The position numbers and the translations under genes were made by a program. This document shows, one piece after another, positions 18,529 to 29,573 of a DNA stretch of 64,000 nucleotides. Each line of letters opens with the position of its first letter. Position 1 is the first letter of the stretch. The stretch spans positions 2,528,001 through 2,592,000 of the forward strand of contig CBDFKD010000002.1 of the NCBI GenBank assembly GCA_965248695.1, written 5' to 3'. Below the pieces are notes generated by a model, which was not told where the DNA came from, made no database searches, and saw only the letters and a list, made by a program, of their open reading frames with translations. This DNA comes from Acidobacteriota bacterium. GTDB taxonomy: Bacteria > Acidobacteriota > UBA890 > WLXD01.

Positions 18529-19185
18529 CTACCCGAAATCTACCGCAGCGCGTGCCCGCAGAGCCCTGATCAGGGCCGCCCGGGAACCGGCATCAATTCG
18601 GAGCTCGCGGGCCTGCAAGAACGGGCGGCTCAGCGTTCCGCGCATGACGCCCTCCTCGGCGTGCGGCTGCTCGGGGGCTATCGCGTGTCCGAGCTCGTGC
18701 ACCACCACGCGTGCGAGGGCGCGGGCCGTGGCGCGATTGTAGCGCACGGCGCGTGGCGCGCCGAGATTCCGATAGGCGTCGATTACGCGAAAGATCCTGC
18801 CGGGAAACACGATGACGCGCGGAGGACGAGACCCGGGGACCACCCTGCCCATCCCTCGACGCTTCACGCCCCAGTCGGTCGGCGGCCTGCCCGAGAACAC
18901 CACGAGAAACCCGTCAGCGACGATTGCCTGCCAGGCGTAGCGGCCACTATCAAAGCCCAGCCGCCGCTCGCGATGCCAGGTAGCGCGGATATCGGCGGCG
19001 GCGAAAGTAGAGACCACCTCCTCGCCGATCGCCCGCAGGAAATCGTCGCCGAAGCCGAAGCGGTCGGACACGACGAGGCGGATAGACTCGTTCCGAACTT
19101 CCGCTGGCACCTGTGCTGTTCCGCCAGCCTGCCCGGCACCGGCAATTTGCAGCGCCGCCATCATCATCGCAGCCTTCGAGGGCAT
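18529..19185 (-). CDS. Hypothetical secreted protein with zincin HExxH motif
   Basis: LARVVVHELGHAI....HAEEGVM; possible signal peptide. Confidence 0.6.
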   Translation of the reverse strand: MPSKAAMMMAALQIAGAGQAGGTAQVPAEVRNESIRLVVSDRFGFGDDFLRAIGEEVVSTFAAADIRATWHRERRLGFDSGRYAWQAIVADGFLVVFSGRPPTDWGVKRRGMGRVVPGSRPPRVIVFPGRIFRVIDAYRNLGAPRAVRYNRATARALARVVVHELGHAIAPEQPHAEEGVMRGTLSRPFLQARELRIDAGSRAALIRALRARAAVDFG

Positions 19186-19440
19186 ACGGGGCCTCTCACT
19201 TGGGGAGATCAGGGCGGAGAGAGACCCGGCGACTTCGTCGCGCCGCGACGATCACGCGATGACAGGCGGCGTCGCGGCGGAACGATTATGCCGCGAGAGG
19301 CAGCACAGCTCACCCTCTCCAGGCCGACCCCCCGCAGAAATCATGATGCTTGACAGAGGCTGCGCCGCCCCGAACCATGGCGCCCTTCAGAAGCGACGAC
19401 AACGGCGTCAGAAGTCCCATGTGCCCCGCGGGCGCGCCGG

Positions 19441-20827
19441 TCACTGCAGCAGCTTCTGCATCTCGTCGTCGTAGCCGGTCATCTCCCAGCGGATCAGCGA
19501 TACCGGGATGACACCGGCGGCGTAGAAATCGTCCATGAAGTCACTGAGGACGAAGTCGTCGCCCAGCTGCTGGGCGCGATCTGGCCTGCTGCGGGCGCTC
19601 GTCGAGGTAGCCGGCGTGCATGAGCAGCTCCTCGAGGGCGAAGGCCAGCCCCTCCAGGCGGGCAACGGCCATGTCGTACGGACCTTCATGCTCGCGCGCG
19701 CCACGGATCGGCCGGTCGTCGTTCCAGGCGCGCAACAAATCGAAGTGGTGGCCCACCATCTCGTGAGTCTCCTCCATGAGGGACTCGCGGTGGGAGAAGT
19801 TGAAGAAGTAGTCGTGATGATCGGGCCACGGTCGCCCGGTCGCTCGCAGGCGACCCTGCCGGTACTCGTCGACGACAATGTGATCCTGGACGGTGAAGAT
19901 CTCCTTGTCGGCTATGAAGCTCATGACGCGCTCGATCGAATCGAGCACGCTGCGCCGGTACTCCTGCGCCGAGCCCACCGGCGTTAGCGGAGGATCCAGG
20001 CGGTTGCGATTCTCCTCGAGCTTCTGGAAGGTAATGACGCGGTTGTCCTCGAGATGGACCAAGGTGCGCACCTCTTCCCAGGTGTACGGAAAGAGGTATA
20101 CGTTCTTCATCAGCCAGTCGTAGTTGGCAACTCCGACACTCGCCGGTGCGGTCATCGCGCCCAGGTTCTGCTCCAGCCAGCGCAGATAGTCGGAGCCTGC
20201 GTCCCGCGCCGCTCGGGCGTCCGACACCAGCTCCGAGTGATGGTCCGCCAGCCGGGCCGCGAGTCCATCGAACGTATCGCCGTTCTCTCGCAGCTGATGG
20301 ATGGCCAGGATCGCCAGGTCGCCGGGGATCGCTGATAGGCGGCCGCCCCCCAGGTTCTTCCTGGCCTGCTCGTGACGCTCAGGGATCGCCCGCAACTCGG
20401 CTTGCAGCTGGCGCCGACGATCCTCCGAAAGCGGCATCTCCGGCACCCGCCTCTCCGAGAACCTGCCGGATCTGGCGATGTAGAACGCCGGATCGCGAAA
20501 CCACGGGCGCAGAACCCGAAGCTGAAACTCGAGCCCGTTCATCTCGGCGCGCACCAGGTGGTAGTCGACTTGATCGGACACCGGCCACTCGCCGACGTCG
20601 ATCGCCGCCAGGCGACGCTGGTACTCGCGCAGCTCGCCGAGCTTGTCTTGCATCGCCTCTGGGTAGCTTGCCGGGTCGCCGCCGTATTCCTGCTCCGAGA
20701 ACTCGCGGAACTCCTCGAAGAGGCTCAGGAGCTCATCGGTGCGGGTGCCTGACTGGGCCACCGCTACTTGCCCGGCCCAGGCCAGGAGACACACGGCCAA
20801 CGCGAGCTTCCCCTTGCCCCTGCTCAT
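19441..20827 (-). pseudogene. DUF885-like secreted protein, frameshifted by an apparent internal deletion
   Basis: The main frame reads to EGLAFALEELLMHAGYLDERP and then degenerates. The family-like C-terminus DRAQQLGDDFVLSDFMDDFYAAGVIPVSLIRWEMTG is in another frame from about 19580. Confidence 0.7.
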
Positions 20828-20909
20828 TCGGGCACCGGCAACATGAGCCTCGCGTGAATCGGGCTCATTCGCCCGCGGCCATGATCGCTCTCCGCCTGCA
20901 GAACCGCGA

Positions 20910-22775
20910 TCACTCGATCACCGGCAACACCACATGCGACGGGTACTGCGCCGAGTGGTGCAGCGTCTGCTGCGCCACCACCCACTCGGTCTCGTCGTAG
21001 TTGTTGCCACCGGTGTTCAGGTTGCGATCGAAGCGCGGGAAGCTGGAGCTGGAGACCTCCAGGCGCACTCGATGCCCAGGCCCGAAGTAGTTGCCCGTTG
21101 CGTGTAGGTCGAGGCGGATCTCATACACCTCGTCGTCCTGCATCCAGACATTGCGGTCGAACCCCTCGCGGTAGCGCATGCGCTGGGCGCCCTCCTGCAC
21201 GTTGTACGCCGTGCCGTCCGGATACACGTCCACCAGCTTTGCCATGAAGTCGGTGTCCTTGGCCGACGAAGCGACATAGAGCACAACTTCGAGCCGCCCG
21301 GTGACCTCGATACCCTCCTCCAGTGGAGCTGAGGTGTAGACCAGCACGTCGTTGCGCATCTCGGTCTCGGACTGATCGTAGGCTCCCGCACCGGTGTCCA
21401 TCCCGGTGCAACAGGCCTGACCGCCTATCGAGGGCACCGGGGTGCCGGGATCGTAGACGTAGCGATCGGGCGGCTGCTCGCCGGGCGCCGACCACGACAG
21501 GGCGCCGTCACCGTAGCGGCTGTTGGCCCGCCCGTCGCTATGCAAGTACAGGCTTCGCGCCGTCATGTTCGGCAGCGGCCACTCATCGGCGCTGCGCCAC
21601 TCATTCTTGCCCATCAGGTAATACTGCACCTTGGGCATATCGGTGATGCCGTTGTCGTCGTCCTTGAGCCAGCGCGCGTACCAGCGCAGGTAAATGTCCA
21701 TGAAGTCGCGCCGCGCATCGCCGAGGTCGCGCTCACCGACGATCGTGTTCTCGGTCGCCCGGGCCCAGCCGCAATGTGTTGTCGGGCCGATGATCACGAA
21801 CTGATTGTCGCGCGCTCGCTCGCTGACGGCGTTGTCCTGAAACAGGTTGAAGAGCTCGAACGTCTCGGCGACGCCGTAGTCGTACCAGGAGTCGAAGAAG
21901 ATGGCGGGAACATCGAAGCGGTCGCTCTCGTCGACCCAATCGAGCTCGTGGAAGTACTCCGCCTCGGGGTTGTTGGAGACGAAGTCCACGTAGTCGGTCG
22001 GCGGCGCCCCGGACTTCTTCAGGATATCGACGATCGGCAAAGTGCCGAGCAACGAATGGTGGTCGCTCTGGCGACGCTCCGGCGTCGAACGGAACAGCTG
22101 TGCGGCATCGGAGTTGAACCACTCCTGTCGATCCACCCCCTCGGGCGGCCCGTAGTAGATCTTGGTGCCGCTACCGGAAAACCAACCGGCCGTCTGGGCC
22201 AGCTCGAACACGCCACCGTCATACGACACCCATGGACGACCGTGCGCGTAGTAGCCAGTGGTCGAGGCCATCGGCATGGCCGCGACGTGGTTCGGATGCC
22301 GGGTCGCTGCCAGCACAACCTGCACGTCGCCGAGATAGGAACAGCCGTAGGTCGCGACTCTCTGATTCGACCACGGCTGTTCCGATAACCAGGTCACTGT
22401 GTCGTGCGCGTCGGTGCGGTCACCGGTCGATGGCTTGTAGCGACCCTCCGACTCGAAACGGCCGCGCATGTCCTGAATGGCTACCGCGTATCCCTCTTTC
22501 ACGAACGCCGACACCATCCCGCTGCCGCCGTTCTTGCCATAAGGCGTGCGAATCAGGATCGTGGGGAGATCTTCCCTGGGACCCTCCGGGAAGTACACGT
22601 CGGTCGACAGCCCGGCACCGTCTCGCATCAGCACCATGTTGCTGCGTTCTTTCTCGATTGGAACGTCTGAGTCCTGTCGACGGCCCTGGCCCTGGCCAAC
22701 CGCGCCGCCTGGAGCCGAGAGGCAAAGAATCAGAATCGCGCTAGATAGAACGAACAACCGGCGGCCGAGGCCCAT
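20910..22775 (-). CDS. CocE/NonD family serine hydrolase
   Basis: RTPYGK, QDMRGRFESEG, GCSYLG nucleophile motif, WYD, GPTTH, SSFPRFDRNLNTG. Confidence 0.92.
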   Translation of the reverse strand: MGLGRRLFVLSSAILILCLSAPGGAVGQGQGRRQDSDVPIEKERSNMVLMRDGAGLSTDVYFPEGPREDLPTILIRTPYGKNGGSGMVSAFVKEGYAVAIQDMRGRFESEGRYKPSTGDRTDAHDTVTWLSEQPWSNQRVATYGCSYLGDVQVVLAATRHPNHVAAMPMASTTGYYAHGRPWVSYDGGVFELAQTAGWFSGSGTKIYYGPPEGVDRQEWFNSDAAQLFRSTPERRQSDHHSLLGTLPIVDILKKSGAPPTDYVDFVSNNPEAEYFHELDWVDESDRFDVPAIFFDSWYDYGVAETFELFNLFQDNAVSERARDNQFVIIGPTTHCGWARATENTIVGERDLGDARRDFMDIYLRWYARWLKDDDNGITDMPKVQYYLMGKNEWRSADEWPLPNMTARSLYLHSDGRANSRYGDGALSWSAPGEQPPDRYVYDPGTPVPSIGGQACCTGMDTGAGAYDQSETEMRNDVLVYTSAPLEEGIEVTGRLEVVLYVASSAKDTDFMAKLVDVYPDGTAYNVQEGAQRMRYREGFDRNVWMQDDEVYEIRLDLHATGNYFGPGHRVRLEVSSSSFPRFDRNLNTGGNNYDETEWVVAQQTLHHSAQYPSHVVLPVIE

Positions 22776-22854
22776 ACAACACGCTCCCTGTCTCGATCGT
22801 GATTTCGTCTGCGGAAGATCGTGGGGACTATAACCACAAGCGGACGCAACGACG

Positions 22855-25800
22855 CTACTGTGCCCAGGCTTCGTTCCAGTCGATCCCGTTGTAGTCATCA
22901 AGCTCCCAGTAGAACCTCGTCCGGGGCCGGTCGTAGTTGCCGATCTCGTTCATGCTCAGCGAGTCGTACAGGCGACCGTTGACCATCGAGTAGCGCACCG
23001 TATTGGTGTTCTCGATGTCCTCCAGCGGGTTGGCGTCCAGCACGATCAGGTCGGCCAGCTTGCCTTCTTCGAGGCTACCGATTTGGGCGTCGAGGCCGAG
23101 CGTCTTGGCCCCGTTGAGCGTTGCGGTGCGCAGCACCCGGTGATTCGACATTCCGCCTTGCGCCAGCAGCCACATTTCCCAGTGCAGCGCCAGGCCGGCA
23201 ACCTCGCCGTGTGATCCCGCGTTGATCAACACGCCGGCGTCGTCGAGCTTCTTCATCGAGCGAGACACAGCGCGGAATCCGATGTCCCAGAGCTCGTCGG
23301 CAACGTGTACGGTCGTCATTCCCCGCACATGCGGCGGCGCCGCCCCGGGGGTCTCGAGGGGGCTGTAGCCCGAGGTCACCGTTTGAACGTAGGTCCTTAC
23401 CTTCGGGTCGTCCCAGGCGCGGCGGGTCTGATAGATGAAGTTCTCGCCAAACAGCTCGCCGAAGCCGACCACGAGGGTCGGCGTGTGAGCCACCTGGCTG
23501 TGGGCGAACAGCTGCACCAGGTCGTCGTAGTAGTTGGCGATCGGAAAGTTGTGCTCCACGGCAACGTGACCATCGAGCACCATGGACACGTTGTTGTAGA
23601 AGTGACTCTCGCCCTCGATGTCGACCGTGATCCCGGCTTCGCGACCCGCTCTGACGAGCTGCTGACGCTGGCTGCGCATGGGCTGCTTATAGCTCTTGAC
23701 GATCGTGCCGCCGAGGGCGGTCTTGCGCGCCATGACAACCTGAGCGTCCGCGAAGCTGCTGATGGGCTCGAAGACAAAGTCGCGCTTCTGTGAGCGGCCG
23801 TAGACGACGCTTCCCACGTTGATCGCGCGCGGGCCGACGGTGATGCCGGCCAGATTCATCTCGTTGATCGCGTACGCCGGCAGATCCGTCGAGTATGGAT
23901 CGAAGTTGGTGGTCACCCCGAAGGCGAGTGCCGCGTACCGCTCGGGTTGTTTCTGCGGCATGCTGTCGGCCGGCGGATAGCAGCAATCGATGTGGCCGTG
24001 CATGTCGATCAGACCGGGCATGATGGTCTTGCCGCTGACGTCGATGAGCGTCGCGCCATCAGGGATCGCGATCTCGTTGCGGTCGCCAACCGCCGCGATT
24101 CGGTTCCCCTCGACGACGACAACGCCGTTCTCGATGACCTCCTCACCACGCATGGTGATAACGCGGGCGTTGATCAGGGCCACCGTGCCTTCGGGGGCAT
24201 CGGCAGGTACGACCAGGCCGATCGATGCAATCGCCTCGGTCGGCTCCGCGTCGCCGCCGAACACCTCGGCGACCGTGGCGCGGTACAGAGCAGATCCCAG
24301 TGTCCAGTGCACGGATTCCGAGTCGGCGCTCCAGGCGAGGTTGTAGCCGCCGTAGTCCGTCAATGCGGCGACGGGAACGGCGTCGCCGTCGGGGCTGACC
24401 TGCAGCGGAGCTCCCGCTTCCCGATATGGCATGACGTAGTACTGCTTGTGGTAGCTGAACCCCAACCAGCGGTGATCGGGGCTCAGCGTCATCTCGAGCA
24501 CATCGGTTCCGGAGGCGTGCGCGCGGATGTCGAACCCGTCCAAATTGCTGCTCTCGAGTCGGCCGACACGCGTCGCGGTGGAGTAGAAGCCGCCGCCGCC
24601 GCCTTCGGAGCTGATATAGGAGTAGAAGACGCGCTCGCCATCGGGTGAGAACTTGGGAGCGAGACCGCGCTCGACGACGAAGTGGGTGTCGCGCTCAGCG
24701 ATCGAGACCCAGTGGATCCCCGGCTTGGCGCGATAGCCCCCCATGTGCTTGCTGGGTGCCTCGATTCGATACACGAGGCGCTGCCCATCCGCCGAGAACG
24801 CCGGTTGTCGAATCACGCCACTGCTGTTGGCGATAGGGGCGGCGGCGCCGCCGCTGGTAGAGATCACCTTCAGCCTGCTGCCGCGCTCGTCGTCCCACTC
24901 CACGAAGGCAATCGAGCTGCCATCCGGCGAATACACCGGCTCCGCCTCGAATACCGAAGAGTCCGTGAGGCGCTCCGGCGCCCCTCCGGGCAGCCTCTTC
25001 CGCCACAGTCGTCCCAAGGCGTTGAAAACGACGGTGTTCCCGTCCGGCGACGGCGCCAGGTGACGAATCGCCCGCACCGTGACCTTCTCCGGTGCCAGGT
25101 CGGTGGCGAAGCGCGCCGTCTGGGTAATGCGGTGATGGGCAGTGACTCGGAAGGGGATCTCCGCGCTCGTCGCGTTATCCATGTCGATCTTCAGCAGCTT
25201 GCCCTTGCCCCAGATCGCCACGTGACGGTTGTCGGGAAACCAGTCGAACCCCGGGTAGTAGGCACTCTGCTGCATGAAATCCGCCCGCGCGTCCCGGTCG
25301 AGATCGTCATAGACAGGTCGCTGCCGACCGCTTTCGGTGTTGAGCTCGAAAAGCACGGTCTTCGCCTTGACTCGGCGGATAAAGGCCACTCGCTTGCCAT
25401 CCGGCGACACCTGCGGAGTCGTCGCGCCACCGAGACCACGCAGCACCTCTTCCGTGGCACCGCTACTCAGGTTCCTGCGCTTTACGGCGAAGCCGGCGTG
25501 ATTGGCATCCACAAAAATGCTCGGGCTGTCGACGCGTTCCGTGTAGTAGAGGAACTTCCCATCGTCCGAGAGCTCCGCCTCGTGGACGTCTCTCTGATTT
25601 GCCGGAGTCTCGACCAGGATGCGACCACTGCCGCCGCCGAGGTGAAAGAGCCGTATCTCCGAGGCTCGCACCTTCGGGAACGTCCCGTACCGCTTGGCGG
25701 CGGCGACATATTGGCCGCCGGGATCCCAGGCAGGACCCGTGAGCACGTCCGTGGTCTCGTTCGTTATCTGTTGTGCGGCGGAACCGTCCGCTTCAGAGAC

Positions 25801-26160
25801 CCAGATGTTGTCGCTGCCGTTTGCATCACTGAGGTAGAGGATCTTGCTTCCGTCCGGGCCGTAGCTCGGCATGATCTGCATCGCCGGTCCGCCATGCACC
25901 AGCGTCGCGTCGCCGCCAGCGGCAGGAATGCTGTAGATATCGCCCAACAGGTCAAAGAGAATCGCTCCGCCGCCGGGATGAACGTCGACGCTCATCCACG
26001 TACCCTCCGTGAGGGTGAACTCCGCGTCGATGTACGGCTGACCGGTATCCGTCACGTCCCAATCCCCGTCGTCGACGAGGGACATCGACGTGAAGAGGAT
26101 CAGAGCTGATCCGACAAAGCTCCGAACCACGGTTCTGTTGAGGGCGATCGGGCGGCGCAT
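22855..26160 (-). CDS. PD40/TolB-repeat + amidohydrolase protein
   Basis: EGTWMSVDV, multiple SPDG repeats, PGLIDMHGH, GSHG, GKLADL. Confidence 0.9.
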   Translation of the reverse strand: MRRPIALNRTVVRSFVGSALILFTSMSLVDDGDWDVTDTGQPYIDAEFTLTEGTWMSVDVHPGGGAILFDLLGDIYSIPAAGGDATLVHGGPAMQIMPSYGPDGSKILYLSDANGSDNIWVSEADGSAAQQITNETTDVLTGPAWDPGGQYVAAAKRYGTFPKVRASEIRLFHLGGGSGRILVETPANQRDVHEAELSDDGKFLYYTERVDSPSIFVDANHAGFAVKRRNLSSGATEEVLRGLGGATTPQVSPDGKRVAFIRRVKAKTVLFELNTESGRQRPVYDDLDRDARADFMQQSAYYPGFDWFPDNRHVAIWGKGKLLKIDMDNATSAEIPFRVTAHHRITQTARFATDLAPEKVTVRAIRHLAPSPDGNTVVFNALGRLWRKRLPGGAPERLTDSSVFEAEPVYSPDGSSIAFVEWDDERGSRLKVISTSGGAAAPIANSSGVIRQPAFSADGQRLVYRIEAPSKHMGGYRAKPGIHWVSIAERDTHFVVERGLAPKFSPDGERVFYSYISSEGGGGGFYSTATRVGRLESSNLDGFDIRAHASGTDVLEMTLSPDHRWLGFSYHKQYYVMPYREAGAPLQVSPDGDAVPVAALTDYGGYNLAWSADSESVHWTLGSALYRATVAEVFGGDAEPTEAIASIGLVVPADAPEGTVALINARVITMRGEEVIENGVVVVEGNRIAAVGDRNEIAIPDGATLIDVSGKTIMPGLIDMHGHIDCCYPPADSMPQKQPERYAALAFGVTTNFDPYSTDLPAYAINEMNLAGITVGPRAINVGSVVYGRSQKRDFVFEPISSFADAQVVMARKTALGGTIVKSYKQPMRSQRQQLVRAGREAGITVDIEGESHFYNNVSMVLDGHVAVEHNFPIANYYDDLVQLFAHSQVAHTPTLVVGFGELFGENFIYQTRRAWDDPKVRTYVQTVTSGYSPLETPGAAPPHVRGMTTVHVADELWDIGFRAVSRSMKKLDDAGVLINAGSHGEVAGLALHWEMWLLAQGGMSNHRVLRTATLNGAKTLGLDAQIGSLEEGKLADLIVLDANPLEDIENTNTVRYSMVNGRLYDSLSMNEIGNYDRPRTRFYWELDDYNGIDWNEAWAQ

Positions 26161-26207
26161 GGCTTCTCCCTGGCTAGGCGGGCAGATAGTCCGAACAGCT
26201 TAGCTGT

Positions 26208-28610
26208 CTACCCGTCGCGCAGGGCCGCTACCGGATCGATCTGAGTAGCCCGTCGGGCCGGCAGCCACGCCGCCAGCGCGCCAACCAGTACGGCAGCTGC
26301 GACAACCACGCCATAGGTGAACGGGTCAGTCGGCTGCACGTCGAACAGCAACTGCCCCAGGAGTCTCGTCGCGCCCAACGCCCCCAGAACACCGATGGCC
26401 GCGCCGACCAGCACCACGACCAGCGCCTGACGGACGATCATCGTAACCGTCGCTACCGAGTCAGCTCCCAGGGCCATGCGCACACCGATCTCGGTGGTGC
26501 GCTGCGACACCGAGTAGGCAACGATCCCGTAGGTACCGATCACGGCGAGAATTGCGGCACACAGCGCGAGGCCGGTAAGCAGGGCGGTATTGAACCGTGG
26601 CTGGGCCACCGACTCCCATAGCAGGTCGGAAAGCGCCGCTACCCTGGACGGCGCCAGCTGGGGATCCACGTCGGCGATCACATCGCCGACGGCCGACGAG
26701 ATGGCGTCCGTAGTGAGATCGGACCGCACGACAAGATGCATCTCGTAGGTCGCAATCCGGCCGTATGGAAGAAACACCTCCGACTCGTACTTGGATTGCA
26801 GTCCGCTGTGGTGGACATCGGCGACCACGCCGATGACCTCGATCTCTCCCAGCGAAGCCACGCGCAACGATTTGCCGACTGGATCGGCGTCGCCGAAGAA
26901 TCGATCGACGGTGGTCTCATTGACGATCGCCACGGGTCGATCGCTGGTGGGATCGAGCCGGTCGAAGCCGCGCCCGCGGACAATCTCCATCCCCATGGCA
27001 CTGAAGTAGCCGGGTACGACAAGGCGGAAGTCTGCGTTGGGCCGTGCCGTGGGCGACAGCGTGTCCAGGTCCACGACGGTGAACTCCATCTCGAATCCCA
27101 GGCCCACGTCGCTCATTGGTAGATCTGAGGCTGCGCCAGCCACGTCGACTCCCGGCAGCTCACTCAGGCGGTCGACGAGTCGCTGGTAGAACGGGAGCCA
27201 TTCGGCGCGCCCGTAGCGCTGGGTTGGCACCTTGACGGCCACCGAGACCACGCCATCGGTCTGGAAACCGGGATCGACATCGCTTAGTCGCGCGAAGCTG
27301 CGAATCATCAGCCCGGCACCGACCAGCAGCACGATCGCCAAGGCAACCTCTACAACAACCATCAGCTCCCGCAGCCGGCGCCCAGCGACTGTCCCACCGC
27401 CGGAAGCCCCGGTCGGCTTGAGCAGTTCATTCAAGTCGGGTGACATACTCCGCCGCGCCGGCAGCAGGCCGAACAAGATGGTGGCGGCGATCGAAAGGCC
27501 CGTCGCGAACATGAGCACCCCGCCATCCAGACCGATCGCCTCCCCGCGCGGAACGCCGCCGGGCATCACGGCACGGAGCAGCGACATACCCCAGAAGGCC
27601 AGCAGTACGCCCGATGCGCCGCCGACCAGCCCGAGGACCAGGGTCTCGGCCAGCGACCGCTTGCAGAGATCGCTTGTTCTGGCACCGAGAGCGGCGCGCA
27701 CGGCAAACTCCCTACCAGCCGCCACCGATCGCGCCACCAGGACATTGGCAATGTTGGCGCAGGCGATGAGCAACACCAGAAAGACGGCGCCAAGCAGCAC
27801 CCACAGAGTGGTGGCCAGATCGCCGAGCAGCTCCTCACGTAGCGGGCGGGCCGTTATCCCCCAACCGTCGTTGGTGTCGGGGAACTCCAGCGCCAGCTGA
27901 TCGGCGATCGCGGTGATCTCGGCCCGTGCCGCATCGATCGTCGTGCCGTCGTCGAGCCGGGCAATCGAGTCGAACATCCGATGGTCGCGGTCGAGCAACA
28001 CAGCGTTGCTGATTGCCATCGGGAAGTACATCTCGACCTCGGCATCGCCGGGCGGAAACTGGAATCCCGGCTCCGTAATCCCGACGACCGTACGCGGTTG
28101 ATCGTCGACCTCGATCGTGGTGCCCACGAGCGACGGGTCGGCGCCGAAGCGCCGTGTCCAGGAGGCGTGCGTCAGCACCACCTTCTTGTCGCCTCCGGGC
28201 TGCTCGTCCTCGTCGGTGAACAGCTGCCCAACGGCAGGCCGCGTCCGCAGCACACTGAAGAGTCGGGGCGTGACGGTATAGCTGCCGACGCGGACGGGGC
28301 GCTCCAGGTCGGTCAGCGTCGACCCGATGGACCGGTAGAGGGCAATCTGCCCATCGAAGCCCTCGGCTCCGTCGCGCAAGTACCGGTAGTCCGCCGGCGA
28401 CAAGCGGAAGATGTCACCCTCGGCTCCGCTGGTAGTCCAGAGCACCACGACGCGATCGTCGTCGGGATACAGCGGACGCAGCAACACGCTGTTGACGACG
28501 CTGAAGATCGCGGTGTTGGCGCCGATCGCGATCGCTAAGGTCACGAGTACCACCACCGTCGGACCCGGCGTGCTCAGAAGCGAGCGTAAGGCCGCCCTAA
28601 GGTTGTCCAT
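26208..28610 (-). CDS. ADOP-family duplicated ABC permease
   Basis: LAIAIGANTAIFSVV, LLIACANIANVL, RTTEIGVRMALGA, PARRA..IDP..ALR. Confidence 0.9.
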   Translation of the reverse strand: MDNLRAALRSLLSTPGPTVVVLVTLAIAIGANTAIFSVVNSVLLRPLYPDDDRVVVLWTTSGAEGDIFRLSPADYRYLRDGAEGFDGQIALYRSIGSTLTDLERPVRVGSYTVTPRLFSVLRTRPAVGQLFTDEDEQPGGDKKVVLTHASWTRRFGADPSLVGTTIEVDDQPRTVVGITEPGFQFPPGDAEVEMYFPMAISNAVLLDRDHRMFDSIARLDDGTTIDAARAEITAIADQLALEFPDTNDGWGITARPLREELLGDLATTLWVLLGAVFLVLLIACANIANVLVARSVAAGREFAVRAALGARTSDLCKRSLAETLVLGLVGGASGVLLAFWGMSLLRAVMPGGVPRGEAIGLDGGVLMFATGLSIAATILFGLLPARRSMSPDLNELLKPTGASGGGTVAGRRLRELMVVVEVALAIVLLVGAGLMIRSFARLSDVDPGFQTDGVVSVAVKVPTQRYGRAEWLPFYQRLVDRLSELPGVDVAGAASDLPMSDVGLGFEMEFTVVDLDTLSPTARPNADFRLVVPGYFSAMGMEIVRGRGFDRLDPTSDRPVAIVNETTVDRFFGDADPVGKSLRVASLGEIEVIGVVADVHHSGLQSKYESEVFLPYGRIATYEMHLVVRSDLTTDAISSAVGDVIADVDPQLAPSRVAALSDLLWESVAQPRFNTALLTGLALCAAILAVIGTYGIVAYSVSQRTTEIGVRMALGADSVATVTMIVRQALVVVLVGAAIGVLGALGATRLLGQLLFDVQPTDPFTYGVVVAAAVLVGALAAWLPARRATQIDPVAALRDG

Positions 28611-28637
28611 GAAGATTTGTCCTCGGCGGGGAGCTAG

Positions 28638-28812
28638 TGGCCTGTATCAGGGGAATCGATAGCGCCGCAGATGGGATTTGCGGGCGAGATCAAGGCGCGG
28701 CGAGGATGGCGATGCCGCGGCGCATCGTCGACGAGTCGCAACGCGGAGATCGCCCGCAACTGCCCGTCTGTCCGCAGGATGGCGGCGAAATCGATTCCCC
28801 TGTTACAGGCCA
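28638..28812. mobile_element. MITE-like element, 175 bp, 22/23-bp terminal inverted repeat, CTAG duplication
   Basis: TGGCCTGTATCAGGGGAATCGAT ... ATCGATTCCCCTGTTACAGGCCA; CTAG at 28634-28637 and 28813-28816; homologous to 46625-46805 in the opposite orientation. Confidence 0.88.
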
Positions 28813-29187
28813 CTAGTGTGGCAAGCTCTGGTCGCGGCGCTCCAGAATCCAGTCGTGGAATCGAGCCTGCTGATCTGGCCGCAACAGCGCCGCGATCTCC
28901 GTATGCACGTCGCGCATTGCACTCTGAACCTCGGGACGAAGCTGCTCCCACATGCTCTGCACGATCTGCTGGCGCTCGGCCATGATGGCGTGAATCTGCT
29001 CCGTCTGCCGCTCGTCCAGATCGAGGGCCTGGCGCAGGTCGGTCAGGGCAGCCTCGTGCTCATCAGCCGCCGACAACGCGCCGTGCAGCTGGATCGAATG
29101 ATGACGCTCGACGGCCATTCCGGCGACACCACCGGCAGTGAATACGAACAGCAAAACGAGCCCGGCACGAACCCGCGGCGCGATCAC
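28813..29187 (-). CDS. Membrane-anchored periplasmic helical protein (Spy/CpxP/CnrX-like)
   Basis: TM segment LVLLFVFTAGGVAG, then L.L...Q..QI..I and I.ALL.PDQQ.RF; fourth gene of the ECF operon. Confidence 0.6.
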   Translation of the reverse strand: MIAPRVRAGLVLLFVFTAGGVAGMAVERHHSIQLHGALSAADEHEAALTDLRQALDLDERQTEQIHAIMAERQQIVQSMWEQLRPEVQSAMRDVHTEIAALLRPDQQARFHDWILERRDQSLPH

Positions 29188-29573
29188 TGCCGCACCGCGC
29201 GATCGGGCAACGGTTCATCGAGCACCGCGTCATCAGCCGCCGGCGGAAACTGCACCAGCAATGCGTCGACGGTGGGCGGCTGCGGACCGCCGATGAACGT
29301 CCCGGGGACCTCGCTCGGGTCGAGCGCGCGCTCGATGTGGACGAGGGCAAACGAGGGTTCCGGCACCGGCAGCGCCAGCCACAGAACCAACGTGGCGGCC
29401 GCCGACGCAGCGACTAGCCACGGTGCGCCCTGGGCGAGCACGCCGTACCAGACGTCTTGCGCCGAGACGTACCCGGCAAGCGGGCCGGCCGCATCCTGGC
29501 GTGCCTTGGCCGCCAGTGTGTCCCAGTATTCGGGGTCCTGGGGCAGCTCTGATTTCGGCAGCTCAGCCATCAC
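29184..29573 (-). CDS. Putative anti-sigma factor (single TM)
   Basis: Overlaps the sigma stop; short cytoplasmic PEYW..L..K segment followed by TM WLVAASAAATLVLWL. Confidence 0.6.
   Translation of the reverse strand: MMAELPKSELPQDPEYWDTLAAKARQDAAGPLAGYVSAQDVWYGVLAQGAPWLVAASAAATLVLWLALPVPEPSFALVHIERALDPSEVPGTFIGGPQPPTVDALLVQFPPAADDAVLDEPLPDRAVRQ

Noticed and set aside
19235-19251. Perfect palindrome TCGTCGCG-C-CGCGACGA upstream of 18529-19185
   Set aside because: Single GC-rich occurrence, plausible by chance; no cognate regulator nearby.
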